Shown: one piece after another, positions 49,401 to 57,748 of the stretch | How positions within the stretch are numbered: the first letter of the stretch is position 1 | Layout of the letters: every line of letters begins with the position of its first letter | IMG/VR virus record: IMGVR_UViG_3300045051_001056 | Coordinates: 33,746-97,745 of that record | Origin: a virus | Length of the DNA stretch: 64,000 nucleotides | Reading direction: 5' to 3' (one strand) | The notes under the pieces: model-generated | Databases searched by the model: none | Told to the model about the DNA's origin: nothing | The model's input: the letters and a program-made list of their open reading frames with translations, nothing else | Made by a program: the position numbers and the translations under genes

Positions 49401-50679
49401 TTCCCTTATTGTTTGTGTTTCCCCCAGCGATGGTTTGCTTTAAATTATTAACAGCCTCTTGAGAACGCTCAATCGCCGTAGTAAGAACATGGGTTCCATA
49501 CGTTTGTATTCCACCACCTAGCGCACCCATAAACATTTGCTCCAATCCTTTTGGAGCCATTAAATTATTTAGTATCCTCTCTGGATCAAGTTGATACCTA
49601 AAACCATCTTTAGACTGTTGCATTGCCTCCGTTTGAGCAGCATAGTTAACGCCCTCCTCTAGGCCCTCTTGTAGCGTTTCGGATATAACTTCCTTGTTTA
49701 GCCCTCCCATATTCTTAATCAAAGCTTGATGGGCCTTCGTAAATAATCCAGCAGAAGTTAGGTTCGACAATATGTTTACTCTATTGATATTGACATCTAA
49801 CGCGGCAGCATCTGCTGCCAATTGCTTGGCGGTCTCAATGTCCTTTCCCTCCGCAACCTTGTTATTGAAAACATCTCGATACACCCCCATCCCCTCCTGA
49901 ATGGATTCTGCCTGATTTAGAGCTATTGCATTTGCAACAGTTGTTCCAGCTTGAACTCCTGAAATATGTTTCGAAATCATTCCCTCTAGGGCAATCTGGG
50001 CTTCCGCCTCTGGGACCTTTCCCTCGGCAATTAGCCTCTGGATTCTTGCCTCATATTTAGCAAGAGCTTTTGGCGATAAAGCACCGCTACTAATGTTGCT
50101 GGATAATCTATTTAATATGCCACCAGTGATCATACCAGTGAGCACAAAAGATCCAGCAGAATTTAATAGATTAGAAATATTTTCAGTCCAATATCCAGGA
50201 TCACCTATGTCCCACGATTTATTGGGCTCTTGTCTATATATGGGTTGATTCGCATTAATCTTATCCATCCAATCCTGCATAATATTTCCAACGGCATTCC
50301 CAACCTCATCATCTATATTGAAATAATCTTCTACATCCGCTATATTGGATAAATTTTGAACTGTTCCAAGTAAGACATTTGGAATAAGTCTCGTAGCGAT
50401 ATGACCGACCTGTTCTGATGTTGGCTGCGATATGGCACGCATCTTATTGATATCGACACCTAATTCGATTCCAGCAGGATTATATAAATAATCTTGATAT
50501 TTAGATATTTCATCTATGCCAGTAGCCGATTCTGGTCCAAACGTTATAGGTCTTTCTTCTAGCGGTTTTGTCCAATCCGGAACTGAAAGAGGCCCCTCTT
50601 GAGGAGGCCCCAGTATTTGACGATTTTCCTTTTGGGCTAATTTATTTTCTGAATAAAGTATTGATAGTGGATCTGGCAT
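46429..50679 (-). CDS. giant virion/ejected protein (1416 aa)
   Basis: QEGLEEGVN...FMGALGGG pattern of podovirus-type ejection proteins; position next to vRNAP. Confidence 0.75.
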   Translation of the reverse strand: MPDPLSILYSENKLAQKENRQILGPPQEGPLSVPDWTKPLEERPITFGPESATGIDEISKYQDYLYNPAGIELGVDINKMRAISQPTSEQVGHIATRLIPNVLLGTVQNLSNIADVEDYFNIDDEVGNAVGNIMQDWMDKINANQPIYRQEPNKSWDIGDPGYWTENISNLLNSAGSFVLTGMITGGILNRLSSNISSGALSPKALAKYEARIQRLIAEGKVPEAEAQIALEGMISKHISGVQAGTTVANAIALNQAESIQEGMGVYRDVFNNKVAEGKDIETAKQLAADAAALDVNINRVNILSNLTSAGLFTKAHQALIKNMGGLNKEVISETLQEGLEEGVNYAAQTEAMQQSKDGFRYQLDPERILNNLMAPKGLEQMFMGALGGGIQTYGTHVLTTAIERSQEAVNNLKQTIAGGNTNNKGTAAFNRSKRIDDYFQAKKNASSQEEHDRIDRDYLDEQGKVDYLNGDIDNTINSFSIAANQNVQDISKKTGRPESEVQDEVDRAKIAIDRLNRIKQSGDSVNLSGYLNKEEVLNQKLASDDLGEAINIVNSQIDAAKDSLKKQNPEITEKELDEATSELNSRKIVLGDNKKISDESLKRITSPEFQKELQIKEEKKVQKAEDQKNDEVVQNNRSEILPKAPGIINEKDLATETRPGSSITINNNPAENQDIPHSYVVDGPKGVKMRPSEKFELNEDNTAKNLKDDELSQFDADKDTISIISEVKPNGEKDYLVVKPRMKDVMGAMRGARIYLMDKNNQGKPTILSTIKNLYGELGYDPRASIKIGDSKFNRADIDAFLNSKGYTIDDLTKDDLFEFINSRKSVPADRKIDDAAKQVEKKEKKPVENIISDPAEPVSDINDGEIGDIIRKSSKGEINANPNSIAFLAEQYNFIDGQYIGTGVINEEYLINSDRRHVYAGRNIIIEPYEGEKIPLADYDKNGKALYHNGKRKTTPHNAASAIREGRDIPIAIYLAEKNGEKGSLIGFLRESKWLDEGGPGARKNITNSSESIAQEVTALRSTITDEFRNGNKVSISSKIENISAGHPLINTEGYKSIKDAMPNLIGDAKFNGILPFAHVVNGVVYQGKTIVSNVVNQEMIGREDLTSGRPVILLPIGDGSFYAMPVMSKTVNDSGRIEYVKNGILAHLNIDPKITEKVNKDSSMIGQEIDTMDGLRNYLQQFVYMIPSHLWGDKNFKDRPAITIWDKDGKTMIKYGQTNGASNVIATSTLATMLKSDSEETSNKGKKIINDLVNVIGIMRHNFQSGKLESNEGINLITKSGTVENKNHSSVYMETLQTNAKVAGQSGGKNIYLIQPTITFDLKRDATKEGAKTVTPPEKPTSTTTTAPRATEKKVRPKLKPMKVDGETIELLESNDISTQKASIGIEVVDNTLFNSDPEDGISMGEKLIKYCK

Positions 50680-50680
50680 A

Positions 50681-52381
50681 CTATTCCTCCTCTTTTCTTC
50701 TTCTATCTTCTTTTATTTTCGATAAGACTGGCAATGACGACTGCTCCCACCTATTATACAATTGCCTCGTTAGAGCCAATCTCTGATTATTCTCATCTGA
50801 TGGATTTTCTCCGCCCAAGAACTGTGGACTAGTAAATACGTCTACGGCCGTCCTAGTGTCTCTTGGAGGCATTTTAATTAATGCATGCTCCATTGATATG
50901 TCTTTCGGCTTACTTCCTGAATTGTCTTTCGCGCTTAATGAAAAGTCGAAAAATATTTGACCAGTCACGCTATTAACATGTATTCCATTGAAAGTAATGG
51001 CTCTGTCAGATGTGTCTGGAGAAGTGAATTTTCCCTTCTTCTTACCATTACCTATGAATTCCCTAGTAACCTCATCGCCACCACCCCAATTCAGGGAATT
51101 CTCTGGCAAATTCTGTAAGTTTTGTCTCAAATTCTCACCAACAGCCTTACGATAATTGTCCACCCACTCGGTCAATTTCTTGTCTCCAAACAATTGTATC
51201 GATTCCCAATCTGGATTTATCATTATATGGGATTTCCATGGTTGAGCCGCCTGGGTATCTGAAAGAATTTTCTCCCTACCAGCCAAGAGATTTGAATATT
51301 CTTTATACTCTGGAGTATTTGAGGATATATTCCAAGCATCTGCAGGAGCATATCCTGTAAGGCCAATTTGTATCTGCCTATCCACGACCGGCTTTAAGGA
51401 TTTTATTCTATCATCCATCTGTTGTAATGTGGGATATTTCCCTCCAGTAGCATCAGAAATTCTTTTGTCAACATCCTTTTTAGCCTCTGGCGCAATAGAT
51501 ATTATGTCCTCAATATTTTGAGATGGCAATTCTGGACCAGTTGCAGTAATTGCAGTTCTAACCAGTGCTGGCTTTGCATATTGGGGATTCTGTCCTGCTC
51601 CAATATTTTTAAGGATTTCGGATGGCAATTGGTGTCTTTCTACGCCACCAACAACTGACGTCATTATACCACTACGTATTGCATCGCGAACTTCTTGATT
51701 AGGCTTTTCTACACCAGCAGCCTTAGCTGATAGTTCTGTTTGGCTATCTACCCAAGATTTAAATTGTGGATTAGATTGATAAGCCTCCATTGCCTCATCC
51801 GCGTTCTTGAACCCTTTCTGAACATTGAGGAATCCATACTTATCCACATCTTCCCTAACTTCACCCTCTGCAAAATTCTTCCCGATCAAAATACCGTGAG
51901 ATAGCAATTTGTTTCTATCGACAGCTTGATAGGGCTCTAGGGTTCTGCCACGCTTTGTCCAATCGTCGAAAGATTGTTCTAATGGATTTTGACCTAATAA
52001 TATGTTTTCACCAGTAGATTTATCCTTGAGATATTGTTTATATAATTCTTGACGTTGATTTGCGAATTGTTCCATTGGAGCCACATCTCTGAGATAGAGC
52101 TTCCTGAGACCCTTTGCCTCCTCGAGCAATCTTTGGGTAGCACCCTCCTTTGCCATCCTATTCATTAGGTTTGCCGATGCTACCTCGAACTCATCAGTTT
52201 TGCCAGCCTTATCTCCGAGCATTGTCACCAGGGTAGTCTTAGCCTCATTCATTGCATCAACTTTGGCCTCTACATCTTTTTCTCTTGTATACATTTGCTG
52301 TGGAACGAATGCCAACTCCTGCATACTTAGCGGCGTATATTGAGCCGTGGGAGCATCTCCCCAAAATCTATTAACTGCCAT
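50681..52381 (-). CDS. virion cargo/ejected protein (566 aa)
   Basis: N-terminal NRF...YTPLSMQELAFVP pattern; position between cargo and giant genes. Confidence 0.65.
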   Translation of the reverse strand: MAVNRFWGDAPTAQYTPLSMQELAFVPQQMYTREKDVEAKVDAMNEAKTTLVTMLGDKAGKTDEFEVASANLMNRMAKEGATQRLLEEAKGLRKLYLRDVAPMEQFANQRQELYKQYLKDKSTGENILLGQNPLEQSFDDWTKRGRTLEPYQAVDRNKLLSHGILIGKNFAEGEVREDVDKYGFLNVQKGFKNADEAMEAYQSNPQFKSWVDSQTELSAKAAGVEKPNQEVRDAIRSGIMTSVVGGVERHQLPSEILKNIGAGQNPQYAKPALVRTAITATGPELPSQNIEDIISIAPEAKKDVDKRISDATGGKYPTLQQMDDRIKSLKPVVDRQIQIGLTGYAPADAWNISSNTPEYKEYSNLLAGREKILSDTQAAQPWKSHIMINPDWESIQLFGDKKLTEWVDNYRKAVGENLRQNLQNLPENSLNWGGGDEVTREFIGNGKKKGKFTSPDTSDRAITFNGIHVNSVTGQIFFDFSLSAKDNSGSKPKDISMEHALIKMPPRDTRTAVDVFTSPQFLGGENPSDENNQRLALTRQLYNRWEQSSLPVLSKIKEDRRRKEEE

Positions 52382-52396
52382 ATTTATATATTTTCA

Positions 52397-52427
52397 CAAA
52401 TATACGTAAAATTCTTTAAACTACAAT
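52397..52427 (-). promoter_or_regulatory. Bacteroidota-type promoter (ATTG-N19-TATATTTG)
   Basis: TATATTTG just upstream of the ATG at 52381, in an intergenic gap. Confidence 0.55.
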
Positions 52428-52429
52428 AT

Positions 52430-55400
52430 TTAAATCTTTGGCAACTTTTTGCCAGTCTTTGGATCATAACCATACAGTCCAGCTATAAGCTTGGCCGACC
52501 AATTTTCTTTTCCAATTTGACCCATCTGAGATAGTGCATCACTAATATATTTAGCACGAATCATGTCTCTAGCAGCCAAATCCTGCTGATTTGCTATCAA
52601 GTTTTCTCTTGCAATTTTAGACGCCTCTGTCTGCTGTTGCAAATTAACTCTATTGGAAGCGTCAGTTGCGGAGGCATTATACTTATCAACATCTGCACGC
52701 AAGGCAAGATTTCTGGCATTAATATCTGTAATTGCCTCTCCAGCGCCCCGTGCGCCAGATAATGCTAGTCCAGCCATAGTTCCCCTTGCGGCGGCACCAG
52801 ACCCACCAGATATAGTTGGCAACATATTCAAGTTAGACCTATATTGACTAGCTATCGCCTCTTGAACTGGTGCGGTAGACAATTGCTCCGCAGATATAAG
52901 TGATGGACTAGTTGTTGGAAGCGACACACTTGTTGGAAGTGGCCTTGCCCTCCTTGCAAACAATCCAGCTATTGCGTTAAATGCAACTGGAGAATATCTC
53001 ATTAAGTCATTCATATCAATTTTGTCACGCCCTGCAGCAACTTCTTGCTGCCTATTTTTAATTGTGGCAAGTTCTACGTCTTTCGCTGGTTCCCCGGAGA
53101 CAAGTGATTCGACCGGTTTCATTTCCGTAATTTCACCATCCTTCAACGGTGTGGCTGCGTATGGATTCTTTCTACCAGGGCCCAGGGATGGAACTCCAAG
53201 TCCCATTCTTTTTAATACGTTTGATGCATATTCATTAATGCTAGGCTCTTTTCCATACCCCTGCCTTCTATTTAACGCTAAGTCTGAATATCCAAGAGAA
53301 CCCTCGCCAGCATACCACGCCTTAGCCGCGCCTTCTGGTCCATATTTATCGTAATATTGTTTCAGCTTAAACGCTGCAACTTTCTCCTGATTCTCGGGAG
53401 TCATTGGCGCCAACTTCGGTAGCCCAGCTTCTTCTGCCCATGACGGCCAATTCCCTGGCATAATTTGGTATTTACCAGATGCACCAGTTCTTTTATTTCT
53501 TGACGAATAATCTCCACCAGATTCCTGACCGCTAATCGCCGACAGAAAAGATTGGAATTCCTCATCGCTACCATTATATTTTGATGAATATTTAGATGCA
53601 ATAATTGGTGCAGAATATTTATCAATATCAGGCTTTTGCATTGCAAGAACGTCTGATAATGGAGTTATCCCGGTAGTTGGTTGAACTATAGTTGGCTGAA
53701 CCTGTGCCACATCTTGTTTTTCAGGCGCTAAACCGATAAGATTAGACAATCCTCTATATCCAGCATAAGCCAATCCTGCGCCAGTTGCACCAGCTCCCAG
53801 CAACTTTGCTCCGGCGAGTTCATCTTTCCATTCATCTCTCCATCCCTTCGGTTCAGCCATTTGTGGCTCAGCTTGACTAGCGGCTTGTGCTGCCCGCTGT
53901 GCGCTTGGAGTTACTTTTGTTTTAGGTACTTTACCAGAAATTAATTCCCCAAGAGAACCTTCTGGAATGCCAGCGCCAACGCTACCTTTAGCAGCGGCTA
54001 ATTTATCAAGCAATTCGGCTTCTTGCGCGGATTTATATGCAGCGCGACCAGCCTTACTAGACCTATACGACCTAGCTATTCTATCTATAGTTGGTTGAAA
54101 TGTTTTAAATGCTATTTGTTCTGCCTCAGACATTGGCTTATTAATCATTTTACCAACTCCAGGCAAAATGTTAGCCAAATAATCTGACTCATTTTCAGGA
54201 GGATTTGCAAAGAAATCATAGGCGCCAGTTATGGGTGACAATAATGCTTGAGCCCCTGGAGTCATTCCATATATGGAACCCCTTAGTCTCGATATGGGAG
54301 TTGATCTGTCCTCTTTTATCGTGCCACTATCGGGTCTCTTTAAATAATCTGGGACCCGAATATCCAATGGATTCCCATCTGCATAGACTATTCCACCAAT
54401 ATTTCTCATATTGCCCGGAGATAATAATCCTCCGAACTCAAATCTATTCCTAACCTGCTGATCTGGCAATAACATACCACCATCTTCGTGATGCCATTTT
54501 CTTGCATTTTGTGCAAATATCGCACGCTTCCTCGTTAATGGATTTTTACTATGAGTCAGTTCCTCCGTAGTTTTTCCTGTTGCCTTTTTTGTCGCAGTAA
54601 ACTTGCCACGATTTTCTGGTTTAATATGAATAGTCCCGCCACTTTTATATTGGAATGCATCTGCGGCCCTATTGGCAGCATCCCCAAATGACGCACCATA
54701 TATTCTTCCACCCAAATCAAACCCATAAGGACTCTGACCAGTTGGAGTTAGCGCCTTAAATGCGGCTGAACGTGGCCCAAAATATCCAAGCTTGCCTTCG
54801 TTAAATTTTATCTCATCCTTTCCAATTATGGGGAGCACCGTACCGGTTCGTCCTGCCGCAAAATTTTGATAGTCTTGCGCAGCCTTGATAAATTCTGGGG
54901 AAGCTTTTACCATAGGGAATGCGCCATAACCAGTGTTCTGAACAGAATCTAATCTGTGCTCTATTTGTGAATTTCTAAATGTTGGATCTGCTTCAAATCC
55001 CTTCAAAACACTCTCAAATCTTGGATCTTTTGCCAAAAGTTGTTTTCTTAGCGGATTTGCTGCCCTATGATATCTGGCGGCCAGAGTGTCTCCCATCGCA
55101 ATAGACTCGGCATCTGATTTAAATTTTCCAGCAGTTCCCTGCAATTCCCCAGACACTATTGGTCCCCCATCCTTCATGAATCTCAATACGCCATCCTTGA
55201 ACCTTTTTTCAATCCGTCCACCAAGTTCCTTTTTTAATTCTGGATATTTAGCATAAACCTTTGACCTAACATCAGAACGACCATGTAGCCCAGCCAATCT
55301 TAATGCATCGACTGCATCTGCCCTGGTTGGTATCGGATAACTACGATGACCTCCGGCAAAATCACTACCCTTTACAGATGGATACGGTTTCTTCTTAGAA

Positions 55401-56119
55401 CCATAATCTTCTTTTCTAGAAAGCCCTCCTCCCTGGGAGTGTAAAAATTCATTAATGGAACCCTGACCGCCCTGTATCGCAAGAGTATCGAGTATGTCCA
55501 TTTCTCCACCTTTATGATATTTGTGGTCTATCGGGTAATTCCCTCCCCACGCATATTCATCAAATCTCTTTGGATTTCGTGCGTGATATTTTCCAAATCT
55601 AGTAGGAATAGTAAGAGGTATTTCTGCGGTAGTCCCACCGAATTCCATGTCTCTGGGGGTGATCGGCATATTCATAGGGTGAATACCTCCACCAGTAGCC
55701 ATCTTGCGCATATTCTCTAATTCTTGATCGGGAATATTCATTGGATGCATAAAGCCCCCCATAGCATACTGGGACACTTCATCAGATAAGCCTCTATCTA
55801 TGAGTCCCTTATAATAAGTTTCATCAACCATATTTGGATTTTTCTTAGAATCCTCAATATGATCAATAGCAATTGATTTCGCAACCTTGTTGATAGTCGG
55901 GAATTTTCCATTCTCTTTATAGTATTTCTTTACAAAATCTAGTGTGGGTTTATGTTCCTTCTCAACTTCAATGCCTTTATCTAGTTCTCTATCAGTGTTG
56001 ATCGAACTCTCATAATCAAACTGCTCTCTACGCAAGGCGTCTAATTGGGCAAGTATATTTTTCTTGTCCCCACCTTTTGCGACTATTTCTTTTGCCCTCT
56101 GTGCGAATTTAGTATTCAT
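52430..56119 (-). CDS. modular virion cargo protein with lytic transglycosylase/lysozyme-like domain and DUF5661-like module
   Basis: ISGQESGGDY...ASGKYQIMPGNW...PENQE...AWYAGEG; GIEVEKEH...IAIDHIE...YY; many xxxGG motifs. Start at 56119 inferred because it directly follows the upstream stop. Confidence 0.8.
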   Translation of the reverse strand: MNTKFAQRAKEIVAKGGDKKNILAQLDALRREQFDYESSINTDRELDKGIEVEKEHKPTLDFVKKYYKENGKFPTINKVAKSIAIDHIEDSKKNPNMVDETYYKGLIDRGLSDEVSQYAMGGFMHPMNIPDQELENMRKMATGGGIHPMNMPITPRDMEFGGTTAEIPLTIPTRFGKYHARNPKRFDEYAWGGNYPIDHKYHKGGEMDILDTLAIQGGQGSINEFLHSQGGGLSRKEDYGSKKKPYPSVKGSDFAGGHRSYPIPTRADAVDALRLAGLHGRSDVRSKVYAKYPELKKELGGRIEKRFKDGVLRFMKDGGPIVSGELQGTAGKFKSDAESIAMGDTLAARYHRAANPLRKQLLAKDPRFESVLKGFEADPTFRNSQIEHRLDSVQNTGYGAFPMVKASPEFIKAAQDYQNFAAGRTGTVLPIIGKDEIKFNEGKLGYFGPRSAAFKALTPTGQSPYGFDLGGRIYGASFGDAANRAADAFQYKSGGTIHIKPENRGKFTATKKATGKTTEELTHSKNPLTRKRAIFAQNARKWHHEDGGMLLPDQQVRNRFEFGGLLSPGNMRNIGGIVYADGNPLDIRVPDYLKRPDSGTIKEDRSTPISRLRGSIYGMTPGAQALLSPITGAYDFFANPPENESDYLANILPGVGKMINKPMSEAEQIAFKTFQPTIDRIARSYRSSKAGRAAYKSAQEAELLDKLAAAKGSVGAGIPEGSLGELISGKVPKTKVTPSAQRAAQAASQAEPQMAEPKGWRDEWKDELAGAKLLGAGATGAGLAYAGYRGLSNLIGLAPEKQDVAQVQPTIVQPTTGITPLSDVLAMQKPDIDKYSAPIIASKYSSKYNGSDEEFQSFLSAISGQESGGDYSSRNKRTGASGKYQIMPGNWPSWAEEAGLPKLAPMTPENQEKVAAFKLKQYYDKYGPEGAAKAWYAGEGSLGYSDLALNRRQGYGKEPSINEYASNVLKRMGLGVPSLGPGRKNPYAATPLKDGEITEMKPVESLVSGEPAKDVELATIKNRQQEVAAGRDKIDMNDLMRYSPVAFNAIAGLFARRARPLPTSVSLPTTSPSLISAEQLSTAPVQEAIASQYRSNLNMLPTISGGSGAAARGTMAGLALSGARGAGEAITDINARNLALRADVDKYNASATDASNRVNLQQQTEASKIARENLIANQQDLAARDMIRAKYISDALSQMGQIGKENWSAKLIAGLYGYDPKTGKKLPKI

Positions 56120-56120
56120 A

Positions 56121-57746
56121 TTAAATGTCTTTAAATATGTAGCCACCATATTTGAATTGTCCTCGTATTTGGGTAGGCGGCATACAATATCCCATCTTTC
56201 CACCCATATTAAATTGCTGGCTTTGTTCCTCGAACTTTTTCATCTCGATTGCATCGTCATTTGCCTGTCGTAATCTTTCAAGCATTTTATCCTGACTGCC
56301 TTTTGCTATTGGGTCATTCGGCCTATCTTCGACCATCTTTGACAATTTTTTGCTTATGCTGGCAAATGATTTTCCAGTTAGATTTCCGCCAAGGTTGTAT
56401 TCCTTGGGATTATTTAATTTTAATCTATCTGAATATATATAGTTTTTAAATTTAGTTTCCCCTTGCTCAACAAGATTAGGCTCCCCGTTGGGACCACCCA
56501 CTCCCTGCCTAACACCTCCGTCTGGATTTTGCTCATGAGAGCCACCCTCATTGAACTCCGTTAGTCTGGGAATTACGTCTCCACCTTTCGCAAGATATCT
56601 GCCGCTGGGATTTTCCCCAGAATATTTGTTTCTAATCATTGCGCCCATCTCGTACTTCATTCCACCGTAATTATATATATGTGCTTGTGGTGATATGTTT
56701 TTAGTAGCGCTACCAAGCTCCTCCCTCTTTTTGATTATTTCTTGCAATTGCTCTGCCTCAGCTTGTTTGTTGCCACCTACTACACCAGACACGCCACCAA
56801 TCACTGCTCCCACACCCATTCCAATTGGGCCCAATGCTGCTCCAGCCTGTGCTCCTTTTAATGCTCCGCTAATTCCACTGCCAACTGGACCCTTCGAAGC
56901 AAAGGGCTCTGCGGCCATATTAGCCAAATCCAAACCAGTGCCGACACGATCCATACTTAGTCCAGAAACTCTCGGGTTAAAGTTTTTGAACGCGTAATTT
57001 GTTGCAAGTTCCGCTTTGGGCATAATCTGTGGCAAGCCAGTATTCATCGATGGTTGTAAATTCCCATTACCCAAATATCCAGGCTGACCCGGTAGGAACG
57101 TTTCCCTTCCACCATCCTGAAATGATTGTGGTTGATTCGTATTTTGTACTGGAGAATTTAATTCCGAAAGATTGTTTCTCATAAAGTTAACCATGGCCCC
57201 ACCAGTAAAAAAGGTTTTTCTTGAATTAATTATATCCTGCGCAAACCCAGCAGCGTCCGCGCTTTTTTTAAAATAATTAAGAACCTTTGGAATTTTTCCC
57301 AACATTGGGATCGCGGATAACGGCTGTGTTATGTCATCAGAATTAAATGTGCTATCTTGCCAGGATTTAGCAACATCAGGCCAACTGGACAATCCAGTTG
57401 GATCAATCGCTTTATACACAGCACCCAATGGAGAATTTAACGCTTTTCGGTAATCATCAATTGACACATGCTTCATACTTCTCTCTAAAGACTCTTTAAA
57501 TCCAATCTGTGTTGGGCCACCTTTGATGGTGAAAAATTTTTTTAATTTTTCTAATTGTCCCCCATTAGAATATTCTTTACCGCCCATAGAATATACACCA
57601 CCACCATGAGAGTGAATTATTGGCAGTTCGCCCCCAAATGCTTTATTAGACATTGCTCCAAAGAATCGTCTCTGGGCATCTGTGATCTTTTTTCCTCGGA
57701 TAGTGCCATCGTGCAAAATTTCCAAGGCTTTACTTTTAGATATCAT
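56121..57746 (-). CDS. virion cargo protein with glycine-zipper membrane segment
   Basis: GALKGAQAGAALGPIGMGVGAVIGGVSGVVGG; GGSHEQNPDGGV...LVEQGET...YSDRL crAss-like motif. Confidence 0.75.
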   Translation of the reverse strand: MISKSKALEILHDGTIRGKKITDAQRRFFGAMSNKAFGGELPIIHSHGGGVYSMGGKEYSNGGQLEKLKKFFTIKGGPTQIGFKESLERSMKHVSIDDYRKALNSPLGAVYKAIDPTGLSSWPDVAKSWQDSTFNSDDITQPLSAIPMLGKIPKVLNYFKKSADAAGFAQDIINSRKTFFTGGAMVNFMRNNLSELNSPVQNTNQPQSFQDGGRETFLPGQPGYLGNGNLQPSMNTGLPQIMPKAELATNYAFKNFNPRVSGLSMDRVGTGLDLANMAAEPFASKGPVGSGISGALKGAQAGAALGPIGMGVGAVIGGVSGVVGGNKQAEAEQLQEIIKKREELGSATKNISPQAHIYNYGGMKYEMGAMIRNKYSGENPSGRYLAKGGDVIPRLTEFNEGGSHEQNPDGGVRQGVGGPNGEPNLVEQGETKFKNYIYSDRLKLNNPKEYNLGGNLTGKSFASISKKLSKMVEDRPNDPIAKGSQDKMLERLRQANDDAIEMKKFEEQSQQFNMGGKMGYCMPPTQIRGQFKYGGYIFKDI

Positions 57747-57748
57747 AA

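Noticed and set aside
56120-56203. Upstream start for the 1257-aa ORF
   Set aside because: Overlaps the preceding gene; the ATG at 56119 directly follows its stop
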